From an uncultured delta proteobacterium (GTDB taxonomy: Bacteria; Desulfobacterota; Binatia; UBA9968), in assembly GCA_963816145.1 (NCBI GenBank), contig CAWFJP010000009.1, forward strand, positions 32,001 to 96,000: 64,000 nucleotides of DNA, in the 5' to 3' direction. Shown piece after piece: positions 19,813 through 30,414 of this stretch (its first letter is position 1; each line of letters opens with the position of its first letter). Under the pieces are notes generated by a model that had not been told where the DNA came from, made no database searches, and saw only the letters and a program-made list of their open reading frames with translations. The translations under genes were made by a program, and so were the position numbers.

Positions 19813-21255
19813 ATGAAAAAGCGAACAGAAGTAATGGTTGCAGGCGCCTTGGTGGCCGGTTTGGGTGCGGGCGGGTTCGCCATAGGGCGGCTGACCCAGA
19901 TGCCGCTTGCCGGCGCGAATACGATGGGCAATGCCGCGACGCCGACCGTCAACGGTTCCTTGCCGTCGTTTGCCGACCTGGCGGCGAAGTTTTCGCCCAC
20001 GGTCGTGAACATAAAAGTAACAAAGATCGAACCGGTCGCCGATGACGGCAGCCCATTCGGCGAGGGATTTCCCTTCCCCGGCTTTGGCGCGCCGGCTCCG
20101 CGCGGGCCGGAAAGACGCCAGGGCGCCGGATCGGGTTTCATAATCCGCAAGGATGGACTGATCATTACCAATAACCATGTGGTGGAAAATGCCCAGCAGA
20201 TTTCGGTGACGCTGAGCGACAAACAGGAATACAAGGCAAAACTCGTTGGCCGCGATCCCAAGACCGACCTGGCGATCATCAAGATCGATGCGAAGTCGGA
20301 CTTGCCGGCGGCGCCGTTGGGCAACTCTGCGACCCTGCGCGTCGGCGAATGGGTGATGGCTGTCGGCAATCCCTTCGGCCTGAGCAACACCGTGACTGCG
20401 GGTATCGTCAGCGCTAAAGGCCGGGCGATCGGTGCGGGGCCCTACGACGATTATATTCAGACCGATGCGCCGATCAATCCGGGAAATTCTGGTGGCCCGC
20501 TGTTTAACGCTGCCGGCGAAGTGGTCGGAATCAATACCGCAATCTTCAGCCAGTCCGGCGGCAATGTCGGTATCGGCTTTGCGGTGCCGATCAACCAAGC
20601 GAAGGCTTTGTTGCCGGAGTTGGAGAGCAAGGGAAGCGTGAGCCGGGCCTGGTTGGGCGTGTCGATTCAGCCGATGACCCCGGAATTGGCTCGTTCACTC
20701 AATGTCGATAAGGCGCGTGGCGCACTCGTGGCCGAGGTGAACGACAAGAGCCCGGCGGAAAAGGCCGGGATCAAACGCGGCGATGTGATCGTCGCTTACG
20801 ACGGTAAGAATGTCGATCAGTCGGCGTCGCTGCCGGCGCTGGTGGCATCGAGCGCGGTCGGCAAGACCGTGCCGCTGGAGATCCTGCGCGATGGCAAAAG
20901 CCAGACGCTTAATGTCACGCTCGCCAAGCTCAAGGACGAATCGGTTGCTCTCGTCGGCAAACATGAGAAGAGCAATTGGGGCTTGTCGCTGCGCGAGCTG
21001 CGTCCCCAGGAACGGTCGCGGATGGGGCTAAAGGATCGTGACGGCGTGTTGATCGAAAATGTCGTACCCGATAGTCCGGCCGCTGATGCCGGAGTTCAAC
21101 CGGGCGATATCATCTTGCAGGTCAACCGAGTCTCGGTGGACAGTATCGAAGCCCTCAAGGCAGAAGTTGGCAAAGCGAAACCTGACAAGCCGCTCTTGCT
21201 GCTGCTGCGCAGAGCCGATGGCAATACTGGATACGTTGCCCTAGCCGCCAAGTAA
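19813..21255 (+). CDS. DegP/DegQ (HtrA) serine protease with two PDZ domains
   Basis: GSGFI, TNNHVV, DLA, INPGNSGGPL, two PDZ repeats; AGGAGG RBS. Confidence 0.95.
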   Translation: MKKRTEVMVAGALVAGLGAGGFAIGRLTQMPLAGANTMGNAATPTVNGSLPSFADLAAKFSPTVVNIKVTKIEPVADDGSPFGEGFPFPGFGAPAPRGPERRQGAGSGFIIRKDGLIITNNHVVENAQQISVTLSDKQEYKAKLVGRDPKTDLAIIKIDAKSDLPAAPLGNSATLRVGEWVMAVGNPFGLSNTVTAGIVSAKGRAIGAGPYDDYIQTDAPINPGNSGGPLFNAAGEVVGINTAIFSQSGGNVGIGFAVPINQAKALLPELESKGSVSRAWLGVSIQPMTPELARSLNVDKARGALVAEVNDKSPAEKAGIKRGDVIVAYDGKNVDQSASLPALVASSAVGKTVPLEILRDGKSQTLNVTLAKLKDESVALVGKHEKSNWGLSLRELRPQERSRMGLKDRDGVLIENVVPDSPAADAGVQPGDIILQVNRVSVDSIEALKAEVGKAKPDKPLLLLLRRADGNTGYVALAAK

Positions 21256-21272
21256 AACAAATTCCGCCTGCT

Positions 21273-21319
21273 CTACACCTGCCGGACGAGCCTGGGCGCC
21301 GTCCGGCAGGTGTAGTTTT
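21273..21319 (+). terminator. Intrinsic terminator after degP
   Basis: Perfect 16-bp stem CTACACCTGCCGGACG/CGTCCGGCAGGTGTAG followed by TTTT. Confidence 0.8.
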
Positions 21320-21483
21320 GTCTCGCCGCACCGCGGTTTTCTCGCCTCGCTGCTAGTCGCCTTCAACGGGTTAAATTATTTGTCTGTGAGCGTGTTCTGC
21401 AAATCAATGTCCCGCTCGGGTGATGCCAGAAGGACTTCGTCTCTTCGACCGCGGTCGGGGCAGGCTTTAGTTGAAGTGAAGCT

Positions 21484-21579
21484 CCGTCATGCCGGCGCAG
21501 GCCGGCATCCAGTCTTTGTCTGATGGAGTTTCACTCTACTAGCGAAGAAACCTAGATTCCGGCATCCGCCGGAATGACG
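21484..21579. repeat. GTCAT-type REP doublet
   Basis: CGTCATGCCGGCGCAGGCCGGCATCCAG ... CTAGATTCCGGCATCCGCCGGAATGACG. Confidence 0.7.
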
Positions 21580-21785
21580 CAAGGCAAGTCGACTCCCAGT
21601 CGATTGCTTTTAGAACGCCTTGGCTCGGCGCCGTGTTGTTCAATTTGGCCGGGGACCGACAATTGCAGTCCGTTTTCTTGTACGGTGCGCTCAATTGTGA
21701 GATTTTCCGAAGATGAATCACCCCCAGGCGACAGTACAAACCAAATCGTTAACCGCGATGTCCTCCACTTCGCGCCATTCATAAT

Positions 21786-23084
21786 TTGAATTTCGAGGTT
21801 TTTTTGCCCAAGCGCCGTCGCATCAAACTGCCGTTCTGGAGCATTCCGATGATCTATGCGGCAGCCAGCCTCTTGGTCGGCCTTGTGCTTCCGCGCCTCG
21901 AATACCGCTATTTGGCAGACTACAAGCACGGCATGACGGTTGCGGCAGCGATTGCGGTTTTTTCTTCCGTCGCATCCGGGATGCTCGCCCTTACCGGAAT
22001 CATCTTTTCTCTGGCCTTCCTGATGGTGCAGTTTAGCAGCGTCGCTTATTCGCCCCGTTTGGTGTTGTGGTTCAGTCGCGATCCCGTGATTTCACACGGT
22101 ATGGGCATTTTTACCTCGACATTTATTTTTTCGCTGACGGTGCTGGCTTGGGTCGACCGGTATGGCTCTGGTAATGTGCCGCTTTTTTCCACCTGGTTGG
22201 TGGTACTTCTGGTTATCGCCAGCATTCGCGTCTTGGCGATCTTGGTGCAGCGCTTGACAATTCTCCAGGTGTCCGGAGTGATCGCTTTCCTCGGTAAGCA
22301 TGGTCGTCTGGCGATCGGCGAGATCTATCCTAACATGGCACTGCCGGCGGTTGATGAGCACGTAGCTAAACCTCGATCCGACGCATTGTCGGCAAGTCTC
22401 TCGGTGACGCAGCGCGTCATGCATACTGGCGCACCCATGGTGGTCGCCGATTACGACACCAAATCCTTAGTCAAGCTCGCAAGCGCAGCCGACGCCGTTC
22501 TGATCATGCCATTCGGTCTAGGCGATACCGTTTTTGAGGGAGATACTCTGATCGAGGTCCACGGCGGCCGGCACGCTATCGCGCCGGCAACTTTGCGCCT
22601 GGCCGTGCAGCTCGAGCAACAGCGCATATTCGAGGAAGACCCCAAATATGCCATTCGTCTGCTGGTCGATGTTGCCATCAAGGCGCTTTCTCCGGCCGTC
22701 AACGATCCCACGACGGCGGTGCAAGCGCTGGACCAAATTGAGGATCTATTGCGCCGATTAGGCACGCGCCATCTTGACGTGGGACAGGTGCCGGATGAGA
22801 CCGGCACCTTGCGTGTGATCTTTCCGACACCGACTTGGGACGATTTCTTGTCGTTGGCCTTTGACGAGATCCGTTTCTATGGCGTCAATTCGCTTCAGGT
22901 CATGCGCCGCTTGCGCGTGGCATTGTGCGACCTTGCCGGCGCCGTACCACGCGAACGGCAAACCGCGCTGCGCCATTACCTTGAGCACCTGGATATGAAC
23001 GTGCATAGCTCGATTTTGGATAGCGCTGACCAGAGGACCGCAATGCAACAGGATCGCCAAGGGTTGGGTCTGACGCGCAAGTGA
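21786..23084 (+). CDS. DUF2254 family membrane protein
   Basis: QFSSVAYSPR, LVDVAIKALSPAVNDPTTAVQALDQI. Confidence 0.88.
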   Translation: MNFEVFLPKRRRIKLPFWSIPMIYAAASLLVGLVLPRLEYRYLADYKHGMTVAAAIAVFSSVASGMLALTGIIFSLAFLMVQFSSVAYSPRLVLWFSRDPVISHGMGIFTSTFIFSLTVLAWVDRYGSGNVPLFSTWLVVLLVIASIRVLAILVQRLTILQVSGVIAFLGKHGRLAIGEIYPNMALPAVDEHVAKPRSDALSASLSVTQRVMHTGAPMVVADYDTKSLVKLASAADAVLIMPFGLGDTVFEGDTLIEVHGGRHAIAPATLRLAVQLEQQRIFEEDPKYAIRLLVDVAIKALSPAVNDPTTAVQALDQIEDLLRRLGTRHLDVGQVPDETGTLRVIFPTPTWDDFLSLAFDEIRFYGVNSLQVMRRLRVALCDLAGAVPRERQTALRHYLEHLDMNVHSSILDSADQRTAMQQDRQGLGLTRK

Positions 23085-23400
23085 GAGCCGGCCGCGCGGA
23101 AAAGATTCTCGATACGGAATAGTTCCGTTGCGAGCGTCGTGATAGCAGTCGGGTTCTGATTGATTAGTCGACGGCTCGCGGACCCGATCTTTTGCCTCAC
23201 CGCCTGCTATTGGACCAAGGTCCAATATACCGGATATCTTCTCTTTGATAGAGATAATTCAATCCCTAAACCAAAGTAAAGAATATTGCGCAGATCGATC
23301 ACGAATTGCGAACCTTAGGCGATTGTTATGAGCCGCTCGTGCCCCCCGGACGAGCGCGATCAGTTGTTATCAACACCGTAAACGTGAAGGAGCAAAGACC

Positions 23401-25776
23401 ATGAGTATAGAAGACAAAAAGCACCGTTCCCATTTACCGATGCCGAACACCCAGCGACCCCAGTTCATTGCCTACGACGCGAAGGATCCGGATAGCAAGT
23501 TCCCGCCCATCGAACAGCTGCGCCCGCCCAAGGGCGCGCCCAACGTGCTAATCGTCCTCATCGACGACGCTGGATTCGGCTCGTCGAGCGCCTTTGGCGG
23601 CCCCTGCCAGACGCCGGCCGCGGAGATGCTGGCGGCGAATGGCCTCAAGTACAACCGCTTCCACACCACCGCCCTGTGCTCGCCGACGCGCCAGGCGCTT
23701 CTGACTGGGCGCAACCACCACTCCTGCGGTATGGGCGGCATCACCGAGATCGCCACGGGCGCGCCGGGCTACTGCTCGGTTCGGCCCAACTCCATGGCTC
23801 CGCTGGCGGAGACGCTCAAGCTCAACGGCTACTCCACAGCGCAGTTCGGCAAATGCCACGAGGTGCCAGTCTGGCAGACGAGCCCGGCCGGGCCGTTCGA
23901 CGCCTGGCCCACGGGCGGCGGCGGATTCGAGTACTTCTACGGCTTCATCGGTGGTGAGGCGAATCAGTGGTACCCGACGCTTTACGAGGGCACCACGCCG
24001 GTCGAGCCGAAGAAGACGCCGGAGGAGGGCTATCACTTGGTGGAGGACATGACCGAGAAGGCCACGAAGTGGATCGCGCAGCAGAAGGCGCTGACTCCGG
24101 ACAAGCCCTTCTTCGTCTACTTCGCGCCTGGCGCCACCCACGCACCCCACCACGTGCCGAAGGAATGGGCCGACAAGTACAAGGGCAAGTTCGACCAGGG
24201 CTGGGACAAGCTGCGCGAAGAGACCTTCGCCCGGCAGAAGCAGCTCGGTGTCATACCAGCCGACTGCCAGCTCAGTGCGCGTTCCAATGAGATCCCGGCG
24301 TGGGATGAGATGCCGGAAGCCTTCAAGCCGGTGCTGCGCCGCGAGATGGAGGTCTACGCAGGTTTCATGGAGTACACCGACCACCACGTCGGCCGTATCC
24401 TGGACGGGCTGAAGAAGCTCGGCATCTTCGACGACACGCTCGTTTACTACATCATCGGCGACAATGGCGCCTCGGCCGAGGGGGGGATCAACGGTTGCTA
24501 CAATGAGATGAGCTACTTCAACCAGCTGCAGTCCCTCGAGACTCCGGAGTATCTTACCGAGCGGCTCGACAAGCTCGGCGGGCCGGAGTCTTACAACCAC
24601 TATGCCGTGGGCTGGGCGCACGCCATGGACACCCCGTATCAGTGGACTAAGCAGGTTGCCTCGCACTGGGGCGGGACGCGCAACGGCACGATCGTTTCCT
24701 GGCCCAAGGGCATCAAGGCCAAAGGAGAGATTCGTTCGCAGTTCCACCATGTCATCGATGTGGCGCCCACAGTCCTCGAAGCGGCCGGAATCCCCGAGCC
24801 GGTCTCGGTGAACGGCCTCCAGCAGGAGCCGATCGAGGGCGTCAGTATGTTGTACTCGCTCAACGACCCCAAGGCAGCAGAGCGACACGAGACCCAGTAT
24901 TTCGAGATGTTCGGCAATCGCGGCATCTACCACAAGGGTTGGACCGCGGTTACGAAACACCGAACTCCCTGGGCCCCCATGAACGCGAGACCCCCGGCCT
25001 TCGACGATGACGTCTGGGAGCTCTACGACACCACCAAAGACTGGAGCCAGGCCAACGATCTGTCCAAGCAGATGCCGGAGAAACTCCACGAGCTACAGCG
25101 CCTCTGGCTGATCGAGGCAACGCGCTATAAAGTGCTGCCTCTGGACGACCGGATGATGGAGAAGATGAACCCAGACACCGCCGGCCGGCCGGTACTGATC
25201 AAGGGCAAAACCCAGCTACTGTTCGGCGGCATGGGTCGCCTGTCGGAGAACTGCGTCCTCAACCTCAAGAACAAATCGCACTCCGTTAGCGCCGAGATCG
25301 TGGTGCCCGAGAAGGGGGCCGAGGGCGTGATCATCTCCCAGGGGGCGAACATCGGCGGCTGGAGCCTGTACGCCAAGAACGGCAACCTCAGATACTGTTA
25401 CAACTGGGGCGGCTTCAAGCACTTCATCGTCGAAGGTACAACCCCGATCCCCACGGGCGAGCACCAGGTGCGCATGGAGTTCGCCTACGCCGGCGGGGGC
25501 CTGGGCAAAGGCGGTAAGGTAACGCTGTACACCGATGGCAAGAAGATTGGTGAGGGAGACATTGGGGCAACACTGGCAATTGTATTCTCCGCCGATGACG
25601 GTTGCGACGTCGGCGAGGACAGCGGCGCACCGGTTTCCCCGGACTACGGCCCCCAGGGCAACGCCTTCAACGGCACGGTCAAGGGCGTGCAGCTTGCGAT
25701 CGCCGACGCCGCGGAGAACGCCGATCATCTGGTCAAGCCGGAGGATGCCATCAGCGTCGCGATGGCGCGGCAGTAA
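23401..25776 (+). CDS. Arylsulfatase (long, Cys-type)
   Basis: PNVLIVLIDDAG, CSPTR..LLTGRNHH, GKCH, GDNG. Confidence 0.93.
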   Translation: MSIEDKKHRSHLPMPNTQRPQFIAYDAKDPDSKFPPIEQLRPPKGAPNVLIVLIDDAGFGSSSAFGGPCQTPAAEMLAANGLKYNRFHTTALCSPTRQALLTGRNHHSCGMGGITEIATGAPGYCSVRPNSMAPLAETLKLNGYSTAQFGKCHEVPVWQTSPAGPFDAWPTGGGGFEYFYGFIGGEANQWYPTLYEGTTPVEPKKTPEEGYHLVEDMTEKATKWIAQQKALTPDKPFFVYFAPGATHAPHHVPKEWADKYKGKFDQGWDKLREETFARQKQLGVIPADCQLSARSNEIPAWDEMPEAFKPVLRREMEVYAGFMEYTDHHVGRILDGLKKLGIFDDTLVYYIIGDNGASAEGGINGCYNEMSYFNQLQSLETPEYLTERLDKLGGPESYNHYAVGWAHAMDTPYQWTKQVASHWGGTRNGTIVSWPKGIKAKGEIRSQFHHVIDVAPTVLEAAGIPEPVSVNGLQQEPIEGVSMLYSLNDPKAAERHETQYFEMFGNRGIYHKGWTAVTKHRTPWAPMNARPPAFDDDVWELYDTTKDWSQANDLSKQMPEKLHELQRLWLIEATRYKVLPLDDRMMEKMNPDTAGRPVLIKGKTQLLFGGMGRLSENCVLNLKNKSHSVSAEIVVPEKGAEGVIISQGANIGGWSLYAKNGNLRYCYNWGGFKHFIVEGTTPIPTGEHQVRMEFAYAGGGLGKGGKVTLYTDGKKIGEGDIGATLAIVFSADDGCDVGEDSGAPVSPDYGPQGNAFNGTVKGVQLAIADAAENADHLVKPEDAISVAMARQ

Positions 25777-25831
25777 CAAGAGGGACGAGTGTCGGAGGTC
25801 GAGGGAAGACGGAACGAGGGTCGGGGATTTC

Positions 25832-26575
25832 ATTTTAACAGGAGCAAACGGAGAGAACGGAGAAATTTTTCAAGCCTCTGCTTCCTCTGTTACCTCCTGT
25901 AAACAAGTGACGGGTGACGAGTTTTGTCTTTCTTTCCCTCGACACCCGACACTTGCCCCCTTATGCCAATTAGGAGTGACGTAGTCACCCATGCGGAACT
26001 TGATCGACCTTGCCGCGCAAGGAATAGAAACATTCGCCGTGGCGATCATCGTGATCGCTATCGTCCATGGCAGCATACGGTACCTATTTCATCTTAACCG
26101 GCACGTGGCGGATGCGTACGATCAGTACAAAAGTCAACTTGGTAAGGCGCTGTTGCTGGGACTGGAATTTCTCGTGGCCGCTGACGTTGTTCGGACGGTG
26201 GTTCTTGAACCGACGCTGAACAATGTGGCTATACTCGGCTTGCTGGTGATGATCCGGACCTTTTTGAGCTGGTCGTTGGTCGTCGAGATCGAAGGGCGGT
26301 GGCCGTGGCAAGGTGGCGAGGGGCGGAAGAACAGTGGTCAGTAGTCAGTGAACCTAAAGAGGTTTCAGGGTTCAGCTTGCGACGACGAGGAAAATCTATT
26401 TAACAGGAGCAAACAGAGGTAACGGAGAATGTTTTTGATCTATTCGGTTTTCTCTGTTGCCTCCTGTGAACAAGTGACGGGTGTCGAGCGTCGCGTGAAA
26501 AACCAAGGACATGGAGTGCAGAACAAAGTAAGGTGAATAGTTGCTGTTCTCTTCTCCCCTCGACACTCGTAACTT
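25832..26575. repeat. Direct composite repeats (25832-25955 and 26399-26575) flanking DUF1622; related hairpin at 14261-14363
   Basis: TTAACAGGAGCAAAC.GAG...CTCTGTT.CCTCCTGT.AACAAGTGACGGGTG.CGAG...CCCTCGACAC in both copies. Confidence 0.75.
25991..26344 (+). CDS. DUF1622 membrane protein
   Basis: LGKALLLGLEFLVAADVVRTV, IRTFLSWSL.VEIEGRWPWQ. Confidence 0.9.
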   Translation: MRNLIDLAAQGIETFAVAIIVIAIVHGSIRYLFHLNRHVADAYDQYKSQLGKALLLGLEFLVAADVVRTVVLEPTLNNVAILGLLVMIRTFLSWSLVVEIEGRWPWQGGEGRKNSGQ

Positions 26576-26598
26576 AGAGCAGAGGACACTGTAAAACG

Positions 26599-27003
26599 AT
26601 GGACGACTTGTTCAACTGGGTTTTGGGCAACCTCGTCGGGCGGGTGGATGGGCCGCTAAAGTTTCGAATCGTCCTGCAGCCGGCGGTGGCCATGGTTTTC
26701 GCAATCCACGACGGCTTGAAAGATGCCCGCGAAGGTCGCATTCCCTATTTTTGGGCGATCCTCAAGGAGCCTAGGCGCAGCGGCAGGTTGATCCGTGAAG
26801 GCTGGCACAGGGTGATAAAAGTTTTTATCCTCGCAGCTCTCATGGACCTGATTTATCAGTACCTGGTTCTTGGCTGGTTGTACCCGGTAGCGGCGCTGTT
26901 TATTGCATTCATATTGGCCTTTTTTCCGTATCTTATGATTCGCGGTTCGGTGAATCGGATAGCGCGGCACCACTGGAATCACGCGCCGGACAAAAAGCTT
27001 TAA
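26599..27003 (+). CDS. Conserved hypothetical membrane protein
   Basis: GRVDGPLKFRIVLQP..A..FAIHDG; three TMs; GAGG upstream. Confidence 0.75.
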   Translation: MDDLFNWVLGNLVGRVDGPLKFRIVLQPAVAMVFAIHDGLKDAREGRIPYFWAILKEPRRSGRLIREGWHRVIKVFILAALMDLIYQYLVLGWLYPVAALFIAFILAFFPYLMIRGSVNRIARHHWNHAPDKKL

Positions 27004-27009
27004 ACACCC

Positions 27010-27474
27010 ATGCCGGAAGCCAGTGACACGACGAACGGCTTGCTCGATCGGATTCGCCTATGGTTTGGAATGACGGCTCCAGTCCCGGACCAGCCCAAGC
27101 GTCCGATTGACGTGAGCACAAGGCTCGCCTATGAGCGTACTTTTCTTGCCCATGAGCGGACTCTGATGGCCTGGGTCAGAACATCGTCGTCGTTGATCAC
27201 CTTCGGTTTTTCGATTTACAAATTTTTCCAACTTGAGCGCGGGATGGGCAATCAGTTCGCATCCGCTCAGGTCCTCGGGCCGCGCCAGTTCTCGATGATT
27301 TTGATTATCATCGGAGTTGTCGCGCTGGTGCTGGCGACGATCCAGCATCGGCGTCAACTGCAGATGCTCAAGCTGGAATACGAAGAGGCTCCGACATCGA
27401 CGGCGGGAATAGTCGCCGGATTGATTTCAGTGTTGGGGCTTCTGGCAATTCTCGCGGTTATCTTTCGCTTGTAA
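27010..27474 (+). CDS. DUF202 (YidH-like) membrane protein
   Basis: LAYERTFLAHERTLMAWVRTS.SLITFGF. Confidence 0.88.
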   Translation: MPEASDTTNGLLDRIRLWFGMTAPVPDQPKRPIDVSTRLAYERTFLAHERTLMAWVRTSSSLITFGFSIYKFFQLERGMGNQFASAQVLGPRQFSMILIIIGVVALVLATIQHRRQLQMLKLEYEEAPTSTAGIVAGLISVLGLLAILAVIFRL

Positions 27475-27726
27475 GCGTCTCGGCGCGAGTTCCGAGAAGT
27501 GACGATGGTCGGGTGTCGGGGGGGGGGAGATTTCGGGTTGCGCGGTTGAGGAGGTGACAGGTCAGGGGGGGCATCGCATATGTCTTTTCGGTCATATTGC
27601 TGCTAGGTTGATTTGGGGCAGTGTCGATCGTCGGCCGCGCGGCGCCGGCGCGGCAAGGGCTGAAGGTCTATAGCGGCAGGCGCATCCTGACGAGATAAAT
27701 TTTACCGGGGGCGGGCTTCGGGCAAT

Positions 27727-28638
27727 TTGATAGAAACCAAACAGGAACAAACCGAAGTGAATCTAGCAAAACATATTGAGGCACGCAGGGTCACTGGCAG
27801 CAGCAAGGGTGCGAGCACCGCTGTGGCGCCCTTAAAGAAGGGAAAACTGCAGGTTCACCGCTTTGTCATCCCTTACCGCGTGTACGGCGCCGCCGAAGAC
27901 ACCCTGGTTTTTATCAATGGAATCCAACAGTCGATGGCCATGTGGCATAGTTTTGTGCGTCGATTCGAGACGAACTACCGGATCGTTTTGTTTGACAATC
28001 CGCATCAGGGGACAAGCCGGATAGTCAGCGGATCAAGCACGGTCACCCTGGACGAGCAGGTCGAAATATTGGATGCGGTGGTTAAGGCGACGAGCGGAGC
28101 GACTCGGCCGACGATTTGCTCGGCGTCATGGGGCGGGGTCGTGGCGTTGGCCTACGCGGCGCGCCATCCGGAACGGCTGAGAAGTTTGATCTTGGCGAGT
28201 ATGGGCATGAAGGCGAATCAAGCGATGACCGAGTTGATCACCAGGGGATTATCCATGCCGAGCAAAGACGCGTCAACGGTGGCCGAGACTTTGATCCAGG
28301 GTGTTGGTCAAGAACTGCCGGAGGCGATGAAGGGTCGAATACTCGGCCAGTTTCAACGCATGAGCACTGAGGCGTTAGAGGCTTTTTTTCAACATGGCTT
28401 GACGGTCATATCGGTGCGCGATTTGACCGAGGTTGTCGACCTGAGCAAAGTCGAGTGCACGACCATGCTTTTGCATGGCGAGAACGACGTCATCATTGAC
28501 ACGGAAGATGTTCAGTCGTTGGCGGCACAGATTGCCCACGCAGAGATGCGCACGATCAAGGATGTCGGACATTTTCTCCATCTCGAAAAGGAAGCGATCT
28601 TGGATGTGTATGAAGAAGTCCTTGCCTCACTGCGCTAA
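27727..28638 (+). CDS. Alpha/beta hydrolase
   Basis: Nucleophile elbow ASWGG, LHGENDVII, VGHFLHLE; start uncertain. Confidence 0.85.
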   Translation: MIETKQEQTEVNLAKHIEARRVTGSSKGASTAVAPLKKGKLQVHRFVIPYRVYGAAEDTLVFINGIQQSMAMWHSFVRRFETNYRIVLFDNPHQGTSRIVSGSSTVTLDEQVEILDAVVKATSGATRPTICSASWGGVVALAYAARHPERLRSLILASMGMKANQAMTELITRGLSMPSKDASTVAETLIQGVGQELPEAMKGRILGQFQRMSTEALEAFFQHGLTVISVRDLTEVVDLSKVECTTMLLHGENDVIIDTEDVQSLAAQIAHAEMRTIKDVGHFLHLEKEAILDVYEEVLASLR

Positions 28639-28770
28639 GAGGCTGTGTCGCAACTGTCATTTCGAGGTGAAGCCGAGAAATCTCTTCTTCGTATGTGGCT
28701 GAAAACACCAGATCCCTCGCTGCGCTCGGAATGACAGATGTGCCACATTTGCGCATTGCGACACAGTCTG
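28639..28770. mobile_element. 132-bp MITE copy 1 (TSD TAA = stop codon of the hydrolase gene)
   Basis: TIR GAGGCTGTGTCGCAA...TTGCGACACAGTCTG; TAA on both sides; interior inverted relative to copies 2 and 3. Confidence 0.88.
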
Positions 28771-29305
28771 TAAGCGGATATAGAACGCGTCGGCCGGTGA
28801 TAAAGTGCCGAGCGATTGGCGACGAAGGGCAAGAGCCGAGCACCGAGTGTCGGGGGTCGAGGGGGGAGGAGAACCGCATCCCTTGAACGCTTCGCTGTGA
28901 TTTATGTCGACCTTCGGAACGACTCCCTTGACCCTGTCTGCTACTGTGCAATTGTTGAATGGACCCGAACGTTCAAAGACGGGGTTTGTTCGTGGTTCCG
29001 TGGGTCGTCGAATGCGGGTCGTTGGCTTCTGCCCATCGTACTGTTCAACCGAACGAATCCAAGAAACTTGATCGAGCCGAGCCGCTCCTGAGATCAATCG
29101 AAGGAACGCCAGGCTCGCAAAGAAAAATGTTTAAGTTGTTTCGCCAATCCTTGGCGCCTATGCCCGGCGATTTTATTCAAGGTGGTGCGGTTCTCGAACC
29201 ACGTGAGTGCGCGAGGCATCGTTATTTTCCGACCTGCTCGTCATCGCAAAATTTCAAAAACGTAACTGTACTGCTGCGAAATTGAAAAAGGATGAAAGAG
29301 TGCGA

Positions 29306-30379
29306 ATGAAAAGAATAACTGTGAGTCTGTTTTTGCTGGCTGGCCTGAGCGGTTGCGCGAGCATCGGTCCTGGGAACGTGGCGCGCGATCGATTCGATTA
29401 CATTTCGGCGATCTCCGATTCCTGGAAGGCGCAGATGCTGCTCAATCTCGTCAAGCTTCGCTATGGGGATGCGCCGGTGTTTCTCGATGTCGCCTCGGTG
29501 ATCACCCAGACGGGTCTCCAGGGCACATTGGCAGTATCGGGCACCTGGTGGCAAAATATCTTGCAACTTCCCTTTACGTCAAACGCGGGTATCACGGCTG
29601 CGGGGACTTATGGCGAAAAGCCCACCGTTACTTACCTGCCGATGAGCGGAGAAAAGTTTGCCCGTAGTCTGATGACGCCGATTCCGCCTGGGGCGGTTCT
29701 AAGTTTTCTCCAGGCCGGCTATCCGGCAGATATTGTGCTGCGGCTCACCGTGCATACCATCAATGGCATACATAGCCGCTACGGCTACGGTGCACGCGCG
29801 CGCGATGCCGATCCCGAGTTTTATCCGCTCGTCGAAAAGTTGCGCAGAATTCAGGAATCCGGGGAAATCGGCCTGCGAGTGAAAAAAACCGGCAACCAGG
29901 CCGAGACCTTAATCGTATTTGGTAAAAAGCCCAACCCGGCGATACAGGAGGATCGCGCCGAGGTGCGCAAACTTCTCGGTGTGGATCCTCAGGCCGACGA
30001 GTTTAGCGTGGTTTACGGCTCGGTGGCCGCCAACGACAGAGAGTTTGCTCTGCTGACCCGTTCGGTGCTCGAAATCATCACCGATCTATCTTCGTACATC
30101 GATGTGCCGGCAGCTAGTGTGGAGCAAAAGCGCACGTTTCCGTCGCCGGCGCCGGAATCGGTGAACGGCGCTGCCGTGCCGACACTGATGCGGATTGTCA
30201 GCTCATCGCAAAAACCCGCGGATGCCTTTGCCGCTGTGCCGTATGGTCCAGACTGGTACTGGATCGACGACAAAGATTTCGCTTCGAAGCGGCTGTTTTC
30301 TTTTATCATGTTTCTCTTCACGCTGACCGAAACCGGGGACAAGCAAGGCGCACCGATCGTCACGATCCCGGCGGGCTGA
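29306..30379 (+). CDS. Conserved hypothetical lipoprotein
   Basis: Lipobox LSGC; RDRFDY, LLNLVKLRYGDAPVFLDV, PTVTYLP; start re-called. Confidence 0.82.
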   Translation: MKRITVSLFLLAGLSGCASIGPGNVARDRFDYISAISDSWKAQMLLNLVKLRYGDAPVFLDVASVITQTGLQGTLAVSGTWWQNILQLPFTSNAGITAAGTYGEKPTVTYLPMSGEKFARSLMTPIPPGAVLSFLQAGYPADIVLRLTVHTINGIHSRYGYGARARDADPEFYPLVEKLRRIQESGEIGLRVKKTGNQAETLIVFGKKPNPAIQEDRAEVRKLLGVDPQADEFSVVYGSVAANDREFALLTRSVLEIITDLSSYIDVPAASVEQKRTFPSPAPESVNGAAVPTLMRIVSSSQKPADAFAAVPYGPDWYWIDDKDFASKRLFSFIMFLFTLTETGDKQGAPIVTIPAG

Positions 30380-30414
30380 TGAGCGTTGTCTTTCCTTCTG
30401 CGCTTCGCGCCTTT

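Noticed and set aside
23548-25089. 513-aa minus-strand ORF and similar long antisense ORFs (744-1589, 1923-2987, 2704-3675, 32399-33577)
   Set aside because: Antisense shadows of high-GC genes with no recognisable motifs.
27508-27572. G-rich tract as a G-quadruplex or phase-variable run
   Set aside because: Intergenic and resembles a degenerate heptamer repeat or homopolymer error; no supporting context.
28635-28951. Small ORFs containing CHSERSEGS / VIPSAARDL (also near 30.2-30.7 kb and 42.4-42.8 kb)
   Set aside because: Translations of the MITE, not genes.
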